A stretch of 64,000 nt of DNA from a virus. The notes below the pieces were generated by a model. The model saw nothing but the letters and a program-made list of their open reading frames with translations. It was not told the DNA's origin and did no database searches. The translations under genes and the position numbers were made by a program. The DNA is taken from positions 1-64,000 of the IMG/VR virus record IMGVR_UViG_3300047550_003584. One strand, 5' to 3'. Position 1 is the first letter of the stretch. The number at the start of each line of letters is the position of its first letter. Shown in pieces: positions 48,836-58,859 of the stretch.

Positions 48836-48987
48836 TGCCGTGACAACACTTCTGTGAAGAAGAGGTAGGCATCCATGCTAATCACAACGAGCATTGCGCC
48901 AAGGATTGAGGCAATTGCGTAGTTGAATCCTTCCATACCAATCTGTTGATTCATCTGTTAAGCTAGCAGCAATATACAAAACCGTCG

Positions 48988-49842
48988 ATGGTTGCTAAGA
49001 TAGATACATCCGATCCTTGGATTAAGGCCAAGGAAGAGCAACCAGAAGTTATGCGGTCGATTAATAAGACCGCAGCCAGAATTACGCTTAACGGTAAAAG
49101 ACACTACACAACGCCGTTACCCACTGGACCTGCGCCGTCTGTAACTACTATCATTGGTGAGACAGCTTCCGAAGCAAATAAACGGAAGCTCGAAATGTGG
49201 TCCAAAAATAATCCAGGTGTCAAGGAAGCTGCCGCTGAAAGGGGTACAGCGATCCACTATGGCATGGAACAGTATCTCAAAGGGAACAAAAATCCAGAGA
49301 TCAAAGAGGATTATGCGGACTTTTGGGCGGGTATGCCAGCGATTCTTGATCAGTTTCAGGAAGTTCTCTGGGCTGAATCTCCCGTGCTGGACAAATTTAA
49401 TTTTACTATTGGTGCTGATGACGTGGCTCGTGTCTGGGGTTGCGATCCCGAGGGCCGTGCTTGGGCTGGCGCTCCTGACATTATTGCTGTTGCCAACAAC
49501 AAACTGACGCTTGCTGACCTAAAAACCAGCGTCAAACCTTACAGTCGCAAGTGGCCTAAAGACTTAGAGAAGGGCTCCCAAGAGTGGAGGGATCTGCTCG
49601 GCGGTCACATGAAATTTAAAAAGACCTGCAAGCAGTTGGCAGCCTACGATATTGCCATCGAACAGACCCTGGGCATGAAGGTTCAGCAGGCAGCAATCTT
49701 GGTATCGACTCCGATTCGTACCCAGGTATTTAAAATCTCCCGCAGGTTTTTAGACTCGCTGCGGGATGATTGGTACAAAATCGTAGAGGAGTACTATACG
49801 CAAATTGAAAACTGTAATGTCTACGATCCAGATCTCATCTAA
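48988..49842 (+). CDS. PD-(D/E)XK exonuclease
   Basis: PSVTTII, RGTAIH, AGAPD..LADLKTS, QLAAY. Confidence 0.85.
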   Translation: MVAKIDTSDPWIKAKEEQPEVMRSINKTAARITLNGKRHYTTPLPTGPAPSVTTIIGETASEANKRKLEMWSKNNPGVKEAAAERGTAIHYGMEQYLKGNKNPEIKEDYADFWAGMPAILDQFQEVLWAESPVLDKFNFTIGADDVARVWGCDPEGRAWAGAPDIIAVANNKLTLADLKTSVKPYSRKWPKDLEKGSQEWRDLLGGHMKFKKTCKQLAAYDIAIEQTLGMKVQQAAILVSTPIRTQVFKISRRFLDSLRDDWYKIVEEYYTQIENCNVYDPDLI

Positions 49843-50106
49843 ATCCTTTGGTAGACTGTGTCTTACAACCCGAACGGCAAGATGGAATGCAGGAAGCGCC
49901 TGGCATGGACGATTGCCTGTGAGCGGGCGGTCGTCACAAAAGAAGACGCTATTACGTTATACAACAAGATGATGAAAGAGTTTGAATCCATTGACAAACG
50001 CTCGGCATATAAAGAGCACGAGTCTAGTGAGGCCCAATAACTGTTACAATTAAAGGGCAGCGGTGCGTCAACACCCTGCCCAACGGCAACCACTTGTACT
50101 GGTCAC

Positions 50107-50640
50107 ATGGACATCCTACCTGGTTTTAAGCTTTGTCGCAAAGGACTTCATCAATATCCTGTTACAAATAAAAGATGTTTAGAATGTAAAAAATTATATT
50201 ACAAAAAGTGGGCAAAAAATAACCGTAAAAAACTAAACAAACTTCAACGTGAATGGAAGGAAGCCAACAGGGTCAGATATCGTCAACTTGTAAATAACTG
50301 GAGAAATAAAAATATAGATAAAGCACGAAAAAGAAATAGAGAATGGGCTAAAAACAATACCCATAAAAGAGCCGCATTAAAAATGAAAAGAAAGGCGGCG
50401 AAAACGTTTGCTATAGCTTCTTGGGCTGACCATGAAAAAATAAAATACCTATACAAAAAAGCTGCTGAATTAACAAAAAAGACGGGTATAAAACACCATG
50501 TAGATCATATTTATCCACTACAAAGCAAATACCTTTGTGGTTTGCACGTGGAAACAAATCTTCAAATCCTAACAGCTGAAGAAAATATAAAGAAAGGAAA
50601 TCGTAGCTGGCCCGGTCAACTTGACTGCCAAAAAGAATGA
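50107..50640 (+). CDS. HNH endonuclease
   Basis: [25 protein letters not shown]. Confidence 0.85.
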   Translation: MDILPGFKLCRKGLHQYPVTNKRCLECKKLYYKKWAKNNRKKLNKLQREWKEANRVRYRQLVNNWRNKNIDKARKRNREWAKNNTHKRAALKMKRKAAKTFAIASWADHEKIKYLYKKAAELTKKTGIKHHVDHIYPLQSKYLCGLHVETNLQILTAEENIKKGNRSWPGQLDCQKE

Positions 50641-50914
50641 GTCTACTAAGACTTGGGAATCTTAACTTTGTTTTGGGAGGCGGAACAGCTTGGGCGCCGT
50701 AAACTAAAGGAACGTCGAACAGGTCTTCCATGTCAACCCATGTCATCAGCATGGGGCAGTGGATGAATGCGCTTATGCACAGCATGCAAACTGCTGTGGA
50801 TGAAGACGTGTTCTTACTGCCCACACTTATGCACCTCCATGCCTACAACATCATGAAGGAGGACTTTTTCCCAGACAGAACCTTTAAAGTAGAAATCAAG
50901 AATTCGGTGGACGC

Positions 50915-53548
50915 ATGACAAATCAATCCGTTAAACCAGGCGAAATTCGTCTTGATCTCATCCCACTGGATTGGCCACTTACTCCCTTGGGTGGCAACAA
51001 GGATCCCTACATCCAAGGATGGCAGAACAAACCCTTTAGTGTCAAAGAAATTGAAGAAGAGCTAGCAACAGGTGACTGCAAAGCAATCGGCGTCCTTGGT
51101 GGTCCTGTCTACAACCATCCCTTTGGCCTTGTATGGGTGGATGTGGATGGCCCAAGCGTATACTCCCTTGTCGAACAGATCAGTGGACTCCCCCTCCAGG
51201 ATGCGCTGCCTGCCACCCTTACCATCTTCAGCGGTAAAATTGGCCGCGAACGCAAGCTCTACAAACTAGATCGGGAGAAACACAAGCACTTCCTCCGCAA
51301 CAAATACGTCTGGCACGCAGAGGAAGATAAAGAAAAACTTGAGATCTTGTGGAAGCGGCACCAAGGTGTGCTGATGGGTGTGCATCCACAAACGGATGGG
51401 TATTACACAGGAGAAAACCTTGGTTTTGAGTGGGCCAGTGATCTGCCTGAACTGCCGGAATGGATCCTGAATGGCATCATCACCAAAAACGCCAAGTTAG
51501 GGAAGCCATCCCAGGAAACATCACGGGTCATTGGTCCAACGTTTGCTATCCAATCCGTTGTTGGTCTTGATCGAGACATCAAGCTTGCTACGGAAGCAAC
51601 TTGGGGCATGCCTCCAGAGGCTACTGATGACTACGACATCTGGATCATGGTCGGTCAGACGCTTCATTCGTTGGATGAATCGCTGTTGGACGTATGGGAT
51701 GAATGGTCCAAACAATCCGATAAGTACAAAGAGGGTGAATGCCATAAGCGTTGGCTTTCCTTTAGCCGGAATGGTGGTCGTGGGATTGGTTCTCTAATTC
51801 ATGCTGCAAAGGAGTATGGGTGGGTTCAGTCTGAGGATCACCGTGTTCAGAGTGTTGATGATGAGACAATAACCGCTGTATCTGAAATTCTTCCTCAACT
51901 TGAACAGGACATTGCAGACCACATGGAAGCACTTGTTGAATTGGTAGATCCTTCTGCACGTAGCGTTCAATCGACAACGACTCCGGTGTCATGGAACTCC
52001 AACAAGAAAGAAGACTCAAAAAATGAAAAGCCGAAGAGATTGCCATCGAGCGTCATCGCGGATCAGGTCTTCGCCATGTTCAATGGAGATCTCCGGTTCA
52101 GTCAACCTCATAATCAATTCTTTTTATACGACAAGCGTAAAGGATTATGGGAGCGTATGACCAGGGTGGAGATGATGGGCTCCATCCGGACAAAAATGCA
52201 GTACCTTTCCACTACTGATTGGTTGCCCAATGGTTTCACGCAAAACCTGCTAGAGGACATCTACAAACAGCTCCAGTCCATGATTCCGTTTGATGAGTGG
52301 TATGACGGTGCTGAATACCTGCTTTTCACCAACGGTGTATTAGAAGTAGCCACCAGAGAGCTGCATGCTTTCCGTCGTGATTTTTACATGACGCAACAAA
52401 TGCCGTATGAGTACGACGCATCGGCTACTTGTGAAGACATCATTAAATGGTTGAAGCACACTCAACACAATTCTTGGAATCGCACCCAGGTACTTAGGGC
52501 ATGGCTGCGGGCAACACTACTTGGTTGCTACGAGATTCAGAAGTTTGTTGAGATTGTGGGTCCTGGTAAGTCAGGTAAATCAACCTACGCAAACTTGGCA
52601 GTAGCACTGGTTGGCAAGAGCAATACCTACTCCACGGACTTTGAGAACATGGAGAAGAACCGCTTTGAAGCAGCGGCTTACATGGGTAAAAAGCTCCTGC
52701 TGTTCCAGGATGCTGATCGTTGGGGTGGTTCCGTATCCAAACTGAAAGCAATCACGGGTGGTGACTGGATTCGTTCTGAGCGTAAGTACCAGGGGGAGAC
52801 GTTAGATCCTTTTCAGTACCACGGAATGGTCATCATTACTGCTAATGAAGCCATCCAGTCCACTGACTACACCTCTGGTCTTGCTCGTCGTCGTCTCACT
52901 ATTCCATTCGATCGTCCGTTTACGGGCGCACAACACGAACAAAAAGAACTGATTAAGTTCGATGCCAAGGGGAATCCGCAGGGAATTTTTTCTCCTTTGC
53001 TGCCAGGGCTTGTGAACTGGCTCCTGGACATGTCGGAAGAAGACATGCGTTCCTACCTGATGGAAACCGCTAAGCATGTTGATTTCTTCCAGCGGTATGA
53101 GAAGGAGCAAAGCCTGCGTTCCAACCCTGTGCTCGATTGGATGGACAAGCATCTGGTCTTTGATCCAGGTGTACGGTCAGTCCTTGGTATTTGTAAAGCT
53201 GCACAAGGAACCAACAACTACTACAACAACTGGAATCAATGGTTGTATCCCAGCTACGCTGAGTTCTGCCGTGGTACCAACATTGGTTCCGTTGGTCGTG
53301 GTCGCTTTGAAGTGCTCTTCTTTGACATCTGTAAGCACCAGCTTAAGATCAACGTCTTCTCCAAGAAGACCACCAAGGGTTTACAGATCTTTAATGTGGC
53401 AATCAGGGAGTCCAACCCATCCAAATATGAGAACTACCCATCGGTGGTAGAAGTGGCCGCTAATCCTGAAAAGTACGCCCCTATGTACGGGGTTGACCCA
53501 ACCATGGATAACCATGAGAGAATGGAAGAACCTGTAGAAGCGCTGTGA
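50915..53548 (+). CDS. Primase-helicase: Prim-Pol + PriCT-2 + D5_N + SF3 helicase
   Basis: WPLTPL..KDP..VDVD; DYDIWIMVG..WDEWS; FTNGVLE; Walker A GPGKSGKST, LFQDAD, ITAN. Confidence 0.9.
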   Translation: MTNQSVKPGEIRLDLIPLDWPLTPLGGNKDPYIQGWQNKPFSVKEIEEELATGDCKAIGVLGGPVYNHPFGLVWVDVDGPSVYSLVEQISGLPLQDALPATLTIFSGKIGRERKLYKLDREKHKHFLRNKYVWHAEEDKEKLEILWKRHQGVLMGVHPQTDGYYTGENLGFEWASDLPELPEWILNGIITKNAKLGKPSQETSRVIGPTFAIQSVVGLDRDIKLATEATWGMPPEATDDYDIWIMVGQTLHSLDESLLDVWDEWSKQSDKYKEGECHKRWLSFSRNGGRGIGSLIHAAKEYGWVQSEDHRVQSVDDETITAVSEILPQLEQDIADHMEALVELVDPSARSVQSTTTPVSWNSNKKEDSKNEKPKRLPSSVIADQVFAMFNGDLRFSQPHNQFFLYDKRKGLWERMTRVEMMGSIRTKMQYLSTTDWLPNGFTQNLLEDIYKQLQSMIPFDEWYDGAEYLLFTNGVLEVATRELHAFRRDFYMTQQMPYEYDASATCEDIIKWLKHTQHNSWNRTQVLRAWLRATLLGCYEIQKFVEIVGPGKSGKSTYANLAVALVGKSNTYSTDFENMEKNRFEAAAYMGKKLLLFQDADRWGGSVSKLKAITGGDWIRSERKYQGETLDPFQYHGMVIITANEAIQSTDYTSGLARRRLTIPFDRPFTGAQHEQKELIKFDAKGNPQGIFSPLLPGLVNWLLDMSEEDMRSYLMETAKHVDFFQRYEKEQSLRSNPVLDWMDKHLVFDPGVRSVLGICKAAQGTNNYYNNWNQWLYPSYAEFCRGTNIGSVGRGRFEVLFFDICKHQLKINVFSKKTTKGLQIFNVAIRESNPSKYENYPSVVEVAANPEKYAPMYGVDPTMDNHERMEEPVEAL

Positions 53549-53895
53549 GCAACGGCCGTCACCTTATTTTGGATCTGTACGACTGCGATAAGCAGATCCT
53601 TGATGACTATGAGGAGCTTCAACGATTGCTTGAGGCTTCTCTTGTGATGGCAAAAGCTACCATCCTTCGGATCTTTGGGGAAAAATTCCAGCCGCAAGGG
53701 GTAACGCTACTTGCTTTGCTAGCGGAATCGCATGCCTCTATCCATACGTGGCCAGAAATTGGTTATTGCGCAATCGATCTCTACACTTGTGGTGATACTA
53801 CACAGACACACAAGGCCGCAAGATTTTTATCGGAAAAGTTAAAAGCTGGTACTGTAGAGCAGAAAGAGTTAGAACGGTCAGTAACTCCGACCTAG
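53545..53895 (+). CDS. speD: S-adenosylmethionine decarboxylase proenzyme (class 1B)
   Basis: GRHLILDL..F.PQGVT..LLAESHASIHTWPE..DLYTCG (ESH autocleavage site). Confidence 0.9.
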   Translation: MSNGRHLILDLYDCDKQILDDYEELQRLLEASLVMAKATILRIFGEKFQPQGVTLLALLAESHASIHTWPEIGYCAIDLYTCGDTTQTHKAARFLSEKLKAGTVEQKELERSVTPT

Positions 53896-54771
53896 CTGGC
53901 GTTCTAGCTCTTCAATCTTTTTATCCTTTTCTGATTTGATACCAAGTGCTCCTGATAGCGCGCCGCCAAGACCCATCCCAAGAGCAACGCCTACTTCATC
54001 ACCAATAAAACGGCCCGCTGCGCGTCCCAAGTGTTCCCCAGTAATTGGTTTTGCATCTTTTAGAAGAGCTTCAAACGCAGATCCAATGTTTATATCCGTT
54101 CCGGGGACGGTTTTGCTCTTATTGAGCATTGCCATTTTCATAAGATTGTTATCTAAATGCGCTGCAGCTTGAGTATTAATTAAATGCTCAACTTGATTAA
54201 ACCCTTGTTCCATTACTTGTTGAGCAGCAGCGCCTAGTTGCTTGCGTTGTTCTGGAGAAAGATTTTCCAATGTCTCCAGCCCGGCACGTGCTTGGCTAGC
54301 CGCTCCTACAGCCGTATGATATTTTTTAAAAGTTTCAGGATTAACTCCATATTTACCAGCAAATGCTTGTGGATTTTGTAAAGCTTCGTTTAAAAGTTGA
54401 GCGGAAGTCTGCTCTTTTATCTCTTGTTTAAGCTGTCCTTTTGCATAGCGAGCTTGTTCGGCTGCGCCTTTGGCTAAAGTTTTTTGTCCTGTTGTTCGGC
54501 CTATGGTTGCTAAGACGCCTTCTTGATTTTTTAAAGCGTTAGGATTAATTGCTTTACCTATACGTGCTCCAATAGATTTTCCTAATAAGCCAATGCCTAC
54601 ACCGCCAGCAATTCCCGCCAAGGTTTGAATCGCAACCTGAGCTGGCGGCGTGTCAGTACCAAGTTGGGTAAGGCCTGCTGTTCCGCCAAGTAGCGTTCCT
54701 TCTACAGCTTCTTGGAATAAATCATTTTGTTGTAACTGTAGAAACTTCCCGGCAAGCGCAGCTTGATTCAT
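53878..54771 (-). CDS. Putative internal virion protein outside the structural cluster
   Basis: 297 aa with Gly-zipper helices; LAGKF and FAGKY motifs. Confidence 0.55.
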   Translation of the reverse strand: MNQAALAGKFLQLQQNDLFQEAVEGTLLGGTAGLTQLGTDTPPAQVAIQTLAGIAGGVGIGLLGKSIGARIGKAINPNALKNQEGVLATIGRTTGQKTLAKGAAEQARYAKGQLKQEIKEQTSAQLLNEALQNPQAFAGKYGVNPETFKKYHTAVGAASQARAGLETLENLSPEQRKQLGAAAQQVMEQGFNQVEHLINTQAAAHLDNNLMKMAMLNKSKTVPGTDINIGSAFEALLKDAKPITGEHLGRAAGRFIGDEVGVALGMGLGGALSGALGIKSEKDKKIEELERQLGRSY

Positions 54772-54831
54772 AATATAGTTTTTTTCTAGTCTACGTTCTT
54801 TTAATTTTCGGTATAGTAAATCAAGTTACTC

Positions 54832-56121
54832 TTGATTGCCTTGACAAAAAAAACAAAAGTATTGTGGTGTGGTGACATTGTTGCAATGACCGGCTTTGCT
54901 CGTGTCACTGAAAACGTCATCTATCGCCTTAAGGATGATTTTGAAATTGTAGTCCTTGGTCATAACTGGTGGGGGGATCCGTGCGAGCAACAGAAAGACT
55001 TCAAGATTTATCCGTCATCCAATCGATTCCAAACCGCACCCTTCGGTGAGCAACGCATTCGCGAGATCGTTGAACGTGAACAACCTGACATTGTGTTCAC
55101 CATCAATGACATGTGGATCATCAATGAACAATACCGGCAGATTGAAGACCTACATAAGCAGGGCAAATTCAAGTTCGTGGGTTATGCCCCCATGGATTCG
55201 TATGGGTGGATTGGTTGCCTCGCTGATACCGCCAACGATTGGGATGCCATCATTTCGTACACAGAATTTGGTGCGCACGAATTTGTGGCCGGCGGGATCC
55301 GCAAGCCCATTGCCGTCATTCCCCATGGCGTAACACCAGGGCAGTTCTATCCACTGGATAAGAAGGAGTGCCGTCGCAAGCTGGGACTTAAAGAAGACTT
55401 ATTCATTGTTTTCAACGGGAACAGGAACCAGTTCCGCAAACGAATTGACATCACGATCCAGGGCTTTGCTCGCTTTGCAGTCGATAAGCCGGAAGCGCAA
55501 CTGTATCTACATATGGGGCTTAAGGACCAGGGCTGGGATGTGATGGGTGTCTTTGCACGAGAAATGTCACGGGTGGGGCTGGATCCGAACGGACGCATCA
55601 TCATGACTACGCAGACGGAAGGGCCGCCGAACGTATCGGTGGACATGCTGAACACCATCTATAACGCTGTCGATGTGGGCGTCAACACCTGTAAGGGCGA
55701 GGGCTGGGGCCTTGTCAACTTTGAACACGCAGCCTGTGGTGTGGCGCAAGTGGTGCCTGACCATACGTCATGCAAGGAGATCTTTGAGGGATGTGGCGAG
55801 CTGATCCGTTGCGACCACATCGATGTGGATACTAACTACGCACGTGAGATGCCATGCCCGTCCTCTGAGCACCTCACTGAACTTCTAGACATTTTGTACT
55901 ACGACACAAAACGTCGGGATCGAGTGGGTGAGGCCTGCTACCAGCGGGTAACAGATCCTCAATTCTCATGGGATACGGTTGCGTCTCAGTTTGGCGGCAT
56001 CTTCGAGGACGTCATGAATCAAGTTGATCACTCGGTCTCAAATGAGATCAGTGAGCAACCGAAGCGAAAAGCAAAGCGTCGCAAGAGTCCCAAACGAGAA
56101 TTAGCCAGTTTGCGCAATTGA
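54832..56121 (+). CDS. Glycosyltransferase family 4 (GT-B)
   Basis: TGFARV, IPHGV, NRNQFRKR.D, GEGWGLVNFEHAACG. Confidence 0.88.
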   Translation: MIALTKKTKVLWCGDIVAMTGFARVTENVIYRLKDDFEIVVLGHNWWGDPCEQQKDFKIYPSSNRFQTAPFGEQRIREIVEREQPDIVFTINDMWIINEQYRQIEDLHKQGKFKFVGYAPMDSYGWIGCLADTANDWDAIISYTEFGAHEFVAGGIRKPIAVIPHGVTPGQFYPLDKKECRRKLGLKEDLFIVFNGNRNQFRKRIDITIQGFARFAVDKPEAQLYLHMGLKDQGWDVMGVFAREMSRVGLDPNGRIIMTTQTEGPPNVSVDMLNTIYNAVDVGVNTCKGEGWGLVNFEHAACGVAQVVPDHTSCKEIFEGCGELIRCDHIDVDTNYAREMPCPSSEHLTELLDILYYDTKRRDRVGEACYQRVTDPQFSWDTVASQFGGIFEDVMNQVDHSVSNEISEQPKRKAKRRKSPKRELASLRN

Positions 56122-56142
56122 TGAGATTGTCACAAGCCCCAG

Positions 56143-56168
56143 GCCTCCACGTCAGTGGGGGCTTTTTT
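56143..56168 (+). terminator. Intrinsic terminator
   Basis: GCCTCCAC-GTCA-GTGGGGGC-TTTTTT. Confidence 0.8.
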
Positions 56169-56199
56169 ATGGCCTGAAAAGGTGTCAAGAGTGCGTCTA

Positions 56200-56520
56200 A
56201 AACAAGATGGATGCGACAAGGAAAGAAGGGAGGGTAGGACTCTGGTGATGCAACCATCCTTATGGGCGCAAAAATTGGTGTGACAAGGCGGATCTATAAC
56301 CCTATATAAGCAATACGACAGTTTTACAAAAGTGTCGTAGTTTCTCAAAGTAAGAAAAGGATGAGACAATGGATACGTGATGCAACAGGGCTAATGCGAC
56401 ACTTTCTGCAAGTTGTCGTAAAACCTTATATAAGAAAAATAGAGTGCTTGCAACACCTATTTTTACCCCTTTTCCGCCCTGCTTTGCGTGACAACACCTG
56501 CTATGCTGTGACAACACCCT
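56200..56520. repeat. Candidate replication origin: inverted arms plus iterated T(G/A)(C/T)GACA boxes
   Basis: ~40-bp imperfect inverted repeat 56301-56339/56395-56434; GTGACAACACC at 56488 and 56508; GTGATGCAAC at 56245 and 56377. Confidence 0.55.
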
Positions 56521-56530
56521 ATCCCTGGTA

Positions 56531-56974
56531 TTGGTGGCCCGTACTTACCAGAAAATGCTGCCGCTCTGGTGGTTGCAAGAGCAGGTGGACCTCTCAAATG
56601 AATACCCGTCAGGTCTGGTGTGGCGCTCAGAAGGGCGCTACCACAAGCCCGGAGAGATGGCTGGTACCCAACGGGCAGACGGTCGTTACTACTACGTCTT
56701 CCTGGCGGGCACCCGCTACACAGCGCATCGGATCGTCTACTACCTACGCACAGGTGAAGACCCTGGTACTGCTGACGTGATGCACGGTGCTGACAACCCC
56801 ACCCGTGACAACCGCCTTGAGTTGACCTTGTTTCAACGCAAGCCCAAACCTGCACCTAAGTGGCGAAGGCGCGTACGAAACGCAGAAGGACAACTTGTGT
56901 ACAGCCATCTCGCCAAAGACGGCGTCTCCGTCAGGCAACTTGAGCGGGAACAGGGCATCAAAATTGAGGAATAA
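56531..56974 (+). CDS. HNH-like protein (degenerate)
   Basis: YPSGLVW..AG..AHRIVYYL.TGEDPG..VMH..DNR. Confidence 0.6.
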   Translation: MVARTYQKMLPLWWLQEQVDLSNEYPSGLVWRSEGRYHKPGEMAGTQRADGRYYYVFLAGTRYTAHRIVYYLRTGEDPGTADVMHGADNPTRDNRLELTLFQRKPKPAPKWRRRVRNAEGQLVYSHLAKDGVSVRQLEREQGIKIEE

Positions 56975-56975
56975 C

Positions 56976-57692
56976 ATGGCTAATAACTTGAATCGCATGT
57001 TGGACATTGCTAAATCACGCTCCGGTTTTCGCCATGTACCCAACATTGAACAGCTTTCTCCCCAACAACTGGAAGCACATGGTTATTACGTGGGTTTCCC
57101 ATGTGCCTATGGTCATCGGATACGTGATACCAGCCAGCATTGGTGCTATGACTGCGTGCGCAAGATCCAAAGCAACAACTGCGCTTTTGACTTGAATTAC
57201 GTCCATGCAGCGTACAAGACACGTCTTCTGATGATCTGGAAGCAGATCTCAGTTGGTCACTTTGAAGACTGCTGGGAAGCCCCATCTTTGGTCAACGCTC
57301 GCATTCGCTTTCCTTCGTATCGTTCCATAGGCGACAAACGCCTTTCGGATAACATCTCAGCCCACAAGGTGATTTACCAATGCACCTGGGGAGATGTCGG
57401 CAAGATGTTTGTGACTCGTCTGTGCAAAAACAAGGCGTGTCTCAACCCTCTCCATATGGTCTCAAGTTGGAACCGCACGTTTCCACCGGAGGTCATTCAT
57501 CCGTTTGATTATGAGTTCAACCCTGAAAAACTGATGTATGCAGCACGGAATCAAATGCGTGAGGAACCAGAGCAAATCATAGAAAAGCAATACAAAAGCA
57601 CAATTCAACATCCGTTAGTAAACAAAAATACCCCGGATTATGATGAAGATAAGGCCATGTGTTACGAACCATATGTCGAGGAGTGCACTTAG
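56976..57692 (+). CDS. Cys-rich protein with HNH-like segment
   Basis: CAYGH..WCYDC; SAHKVIY..LCKNKACLNPLHM. Confidence 0.55.
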   Translation: MANNLNRMLDIAKSRSGFRHVPNIEQLSPQQLEAHGYYVGFPCAYGHRIRDTSQHWCYDCVRKIQSNNCAFDLNYVHAAYKTRLLMIWKQISVGHFEDCWEAPSLVNARIRFPSYRSIGDKRLSDNISAHKVIYQCTWGDVGKMFVTRLCKNKACLNPLHMVSSWNRTFPPEVIHPFDYEFNPEKLMYAARNQMREEPEQIIEKQYKSTIQHPLVNKNTPDYDEDKAMCYEPYVEECT

Positions 57693-58584
57693 TCAGTCAC
57701 AACGCACCCAAAACGATCCATTACTACTTGGTACGTTTAGCCAGACTACGCTGCGCTATTTGAAGGGTACGCTTGGTGCTCAATACAAACCAATTGGACG
57801 TGCGGATACCAGGCAAATCTCTAACGGTGGTATTGGCGGCGGTACTTACAACCACTGGTTCCAAGTCAATTTGACTGAGCCAGCTTGGATTATCTTGACA
57901 AAAGGACCGCCGCGCCCCAAGTACATTCAAGTTTCCGCATACGATCTCAATAAGACTCCAATCCAGGGAGATCCTATATTTGATGCAGATTCTGTTCAAT
58001 CGTCAACCAACGGAACGCGTTATATCCCGTATTTAGATACGGTGATGAGTGTCCAGTCGGATCTTTATAACACCTTTGATCGTTTACGTCTTGATCGTGG
58101 TGATGACCGCTACTTCCCCCTGGAAACAGGTAGCTATCTCATCTGTGTTTCATCAACGCGCAATGAACCCCTTGCATACGAGCTTGGTGTTGTCATTGAG
58201 TTTCCAACGGATGAAGCGTTCTTTGAGCTGGAAGATGTTGATGGTAGTGTTTGCTTACAAGAAACTGAAATTGACGCCGCCGAAATTGTTGGACCTATCC
58301 TTGTTGATACTGTTATTAGCGCCAATGCTTTTTCTGAAACAAGCTGTGAGATTGCAGCAGGCGTGACGGTGACCGTGAATCCAGGTATTACTTGGCTGAT
58401 CGGCGAGCGTATCCCTGCTGCAGACTACGACAACTATAAAATTATTCTTGAGGTAGGCGATGATGCGTATTACAACACAGTACATGATCATTCCTTGTCA
58501 GAATGGCAGAATGCATGGGAGAGGGAACATCAAGACACTGATCGATTCCCTGAACTCTTTGTTCCTTTAACGAACAGACCATGA
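57673..58584 (+). CDS. Hypothetical, probably virion-associated protein
   Basis: ~303-aa acidic, beta-rich ORF. Confidence 0.55.
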   Translation: MSRSALSQSQRTQNDPLLLGTFSQTTLRYLKGTLGAQYKPIGRADTRQISNGGIGGGTYNHWFQVNLTEPAWIILTKGPPRPKYIQVSAYDLNKTPIQGDPIFDADSVQSSTNGTRYIPYLDTVMSVQSDLYNTFDRLRLDRGDDRYFPLETGSYLICVSSTRNEPLAYELGVVIEFPTDEAFFELEDVDGSVCLQETEIDAAEIVGPILVDTVISANAFSETSCEIAAGVTVTVNPGITWLIGERIPAADYDNYKIILEVGDDAYYNTVHDHSLSEWQNAWEREHQDTDRFPELFVPLTNRP

Positions 58585-58703
58585 TTAAATTTTTGTTAAA
58601 CCTGTTTAAAAAACCTGTAGCAAAACATTCGCCTGCACTAGCTTGGGCACAGTATTGTGTTAGTAATCCAAGCGCTCCTGACTGCCGTATTTACGATGTC
58701 TGA
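58581..58703 (+). CDS. cp12: 40-aa CP12-like protein (C-terminal Cys pair only; below the ORF-track cutoff)
   Basis: MIKFLLNLFKKPVAKHSPALAWAQYCVSNPSAPDCRIYDV: YCxxNPxAxxCRIYD with Cx8C spacing; overlaps both neighbouring ORFs. Confidence 0.7.
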   Translation: MIKFLLNLFKKPVAKHSPALAWAQYCVSNPSAPDCRIYDV

Positions 58704-58859
58704 AGAAAAGCAAAACGAAAAAGAATCTAAAGATTTGCAAAACAATCCCAGAATCACTGAGGCAACTCAACGTGATTGGGATGATTTTTTCGCAGCACAA
58801 GAAGACAATTTATTTGACCGGTAATAGGGTATCTAGAATAAAAGAAATGGAATATAACC

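Noticed and set aside
3430-53548. Introns or inteins in terL, polA, thyX or the primase, given the many HNH genes
   Set aside because: These genes are continuous, of normal length and have their motifs in order; the HNH ORFs are intergenic.
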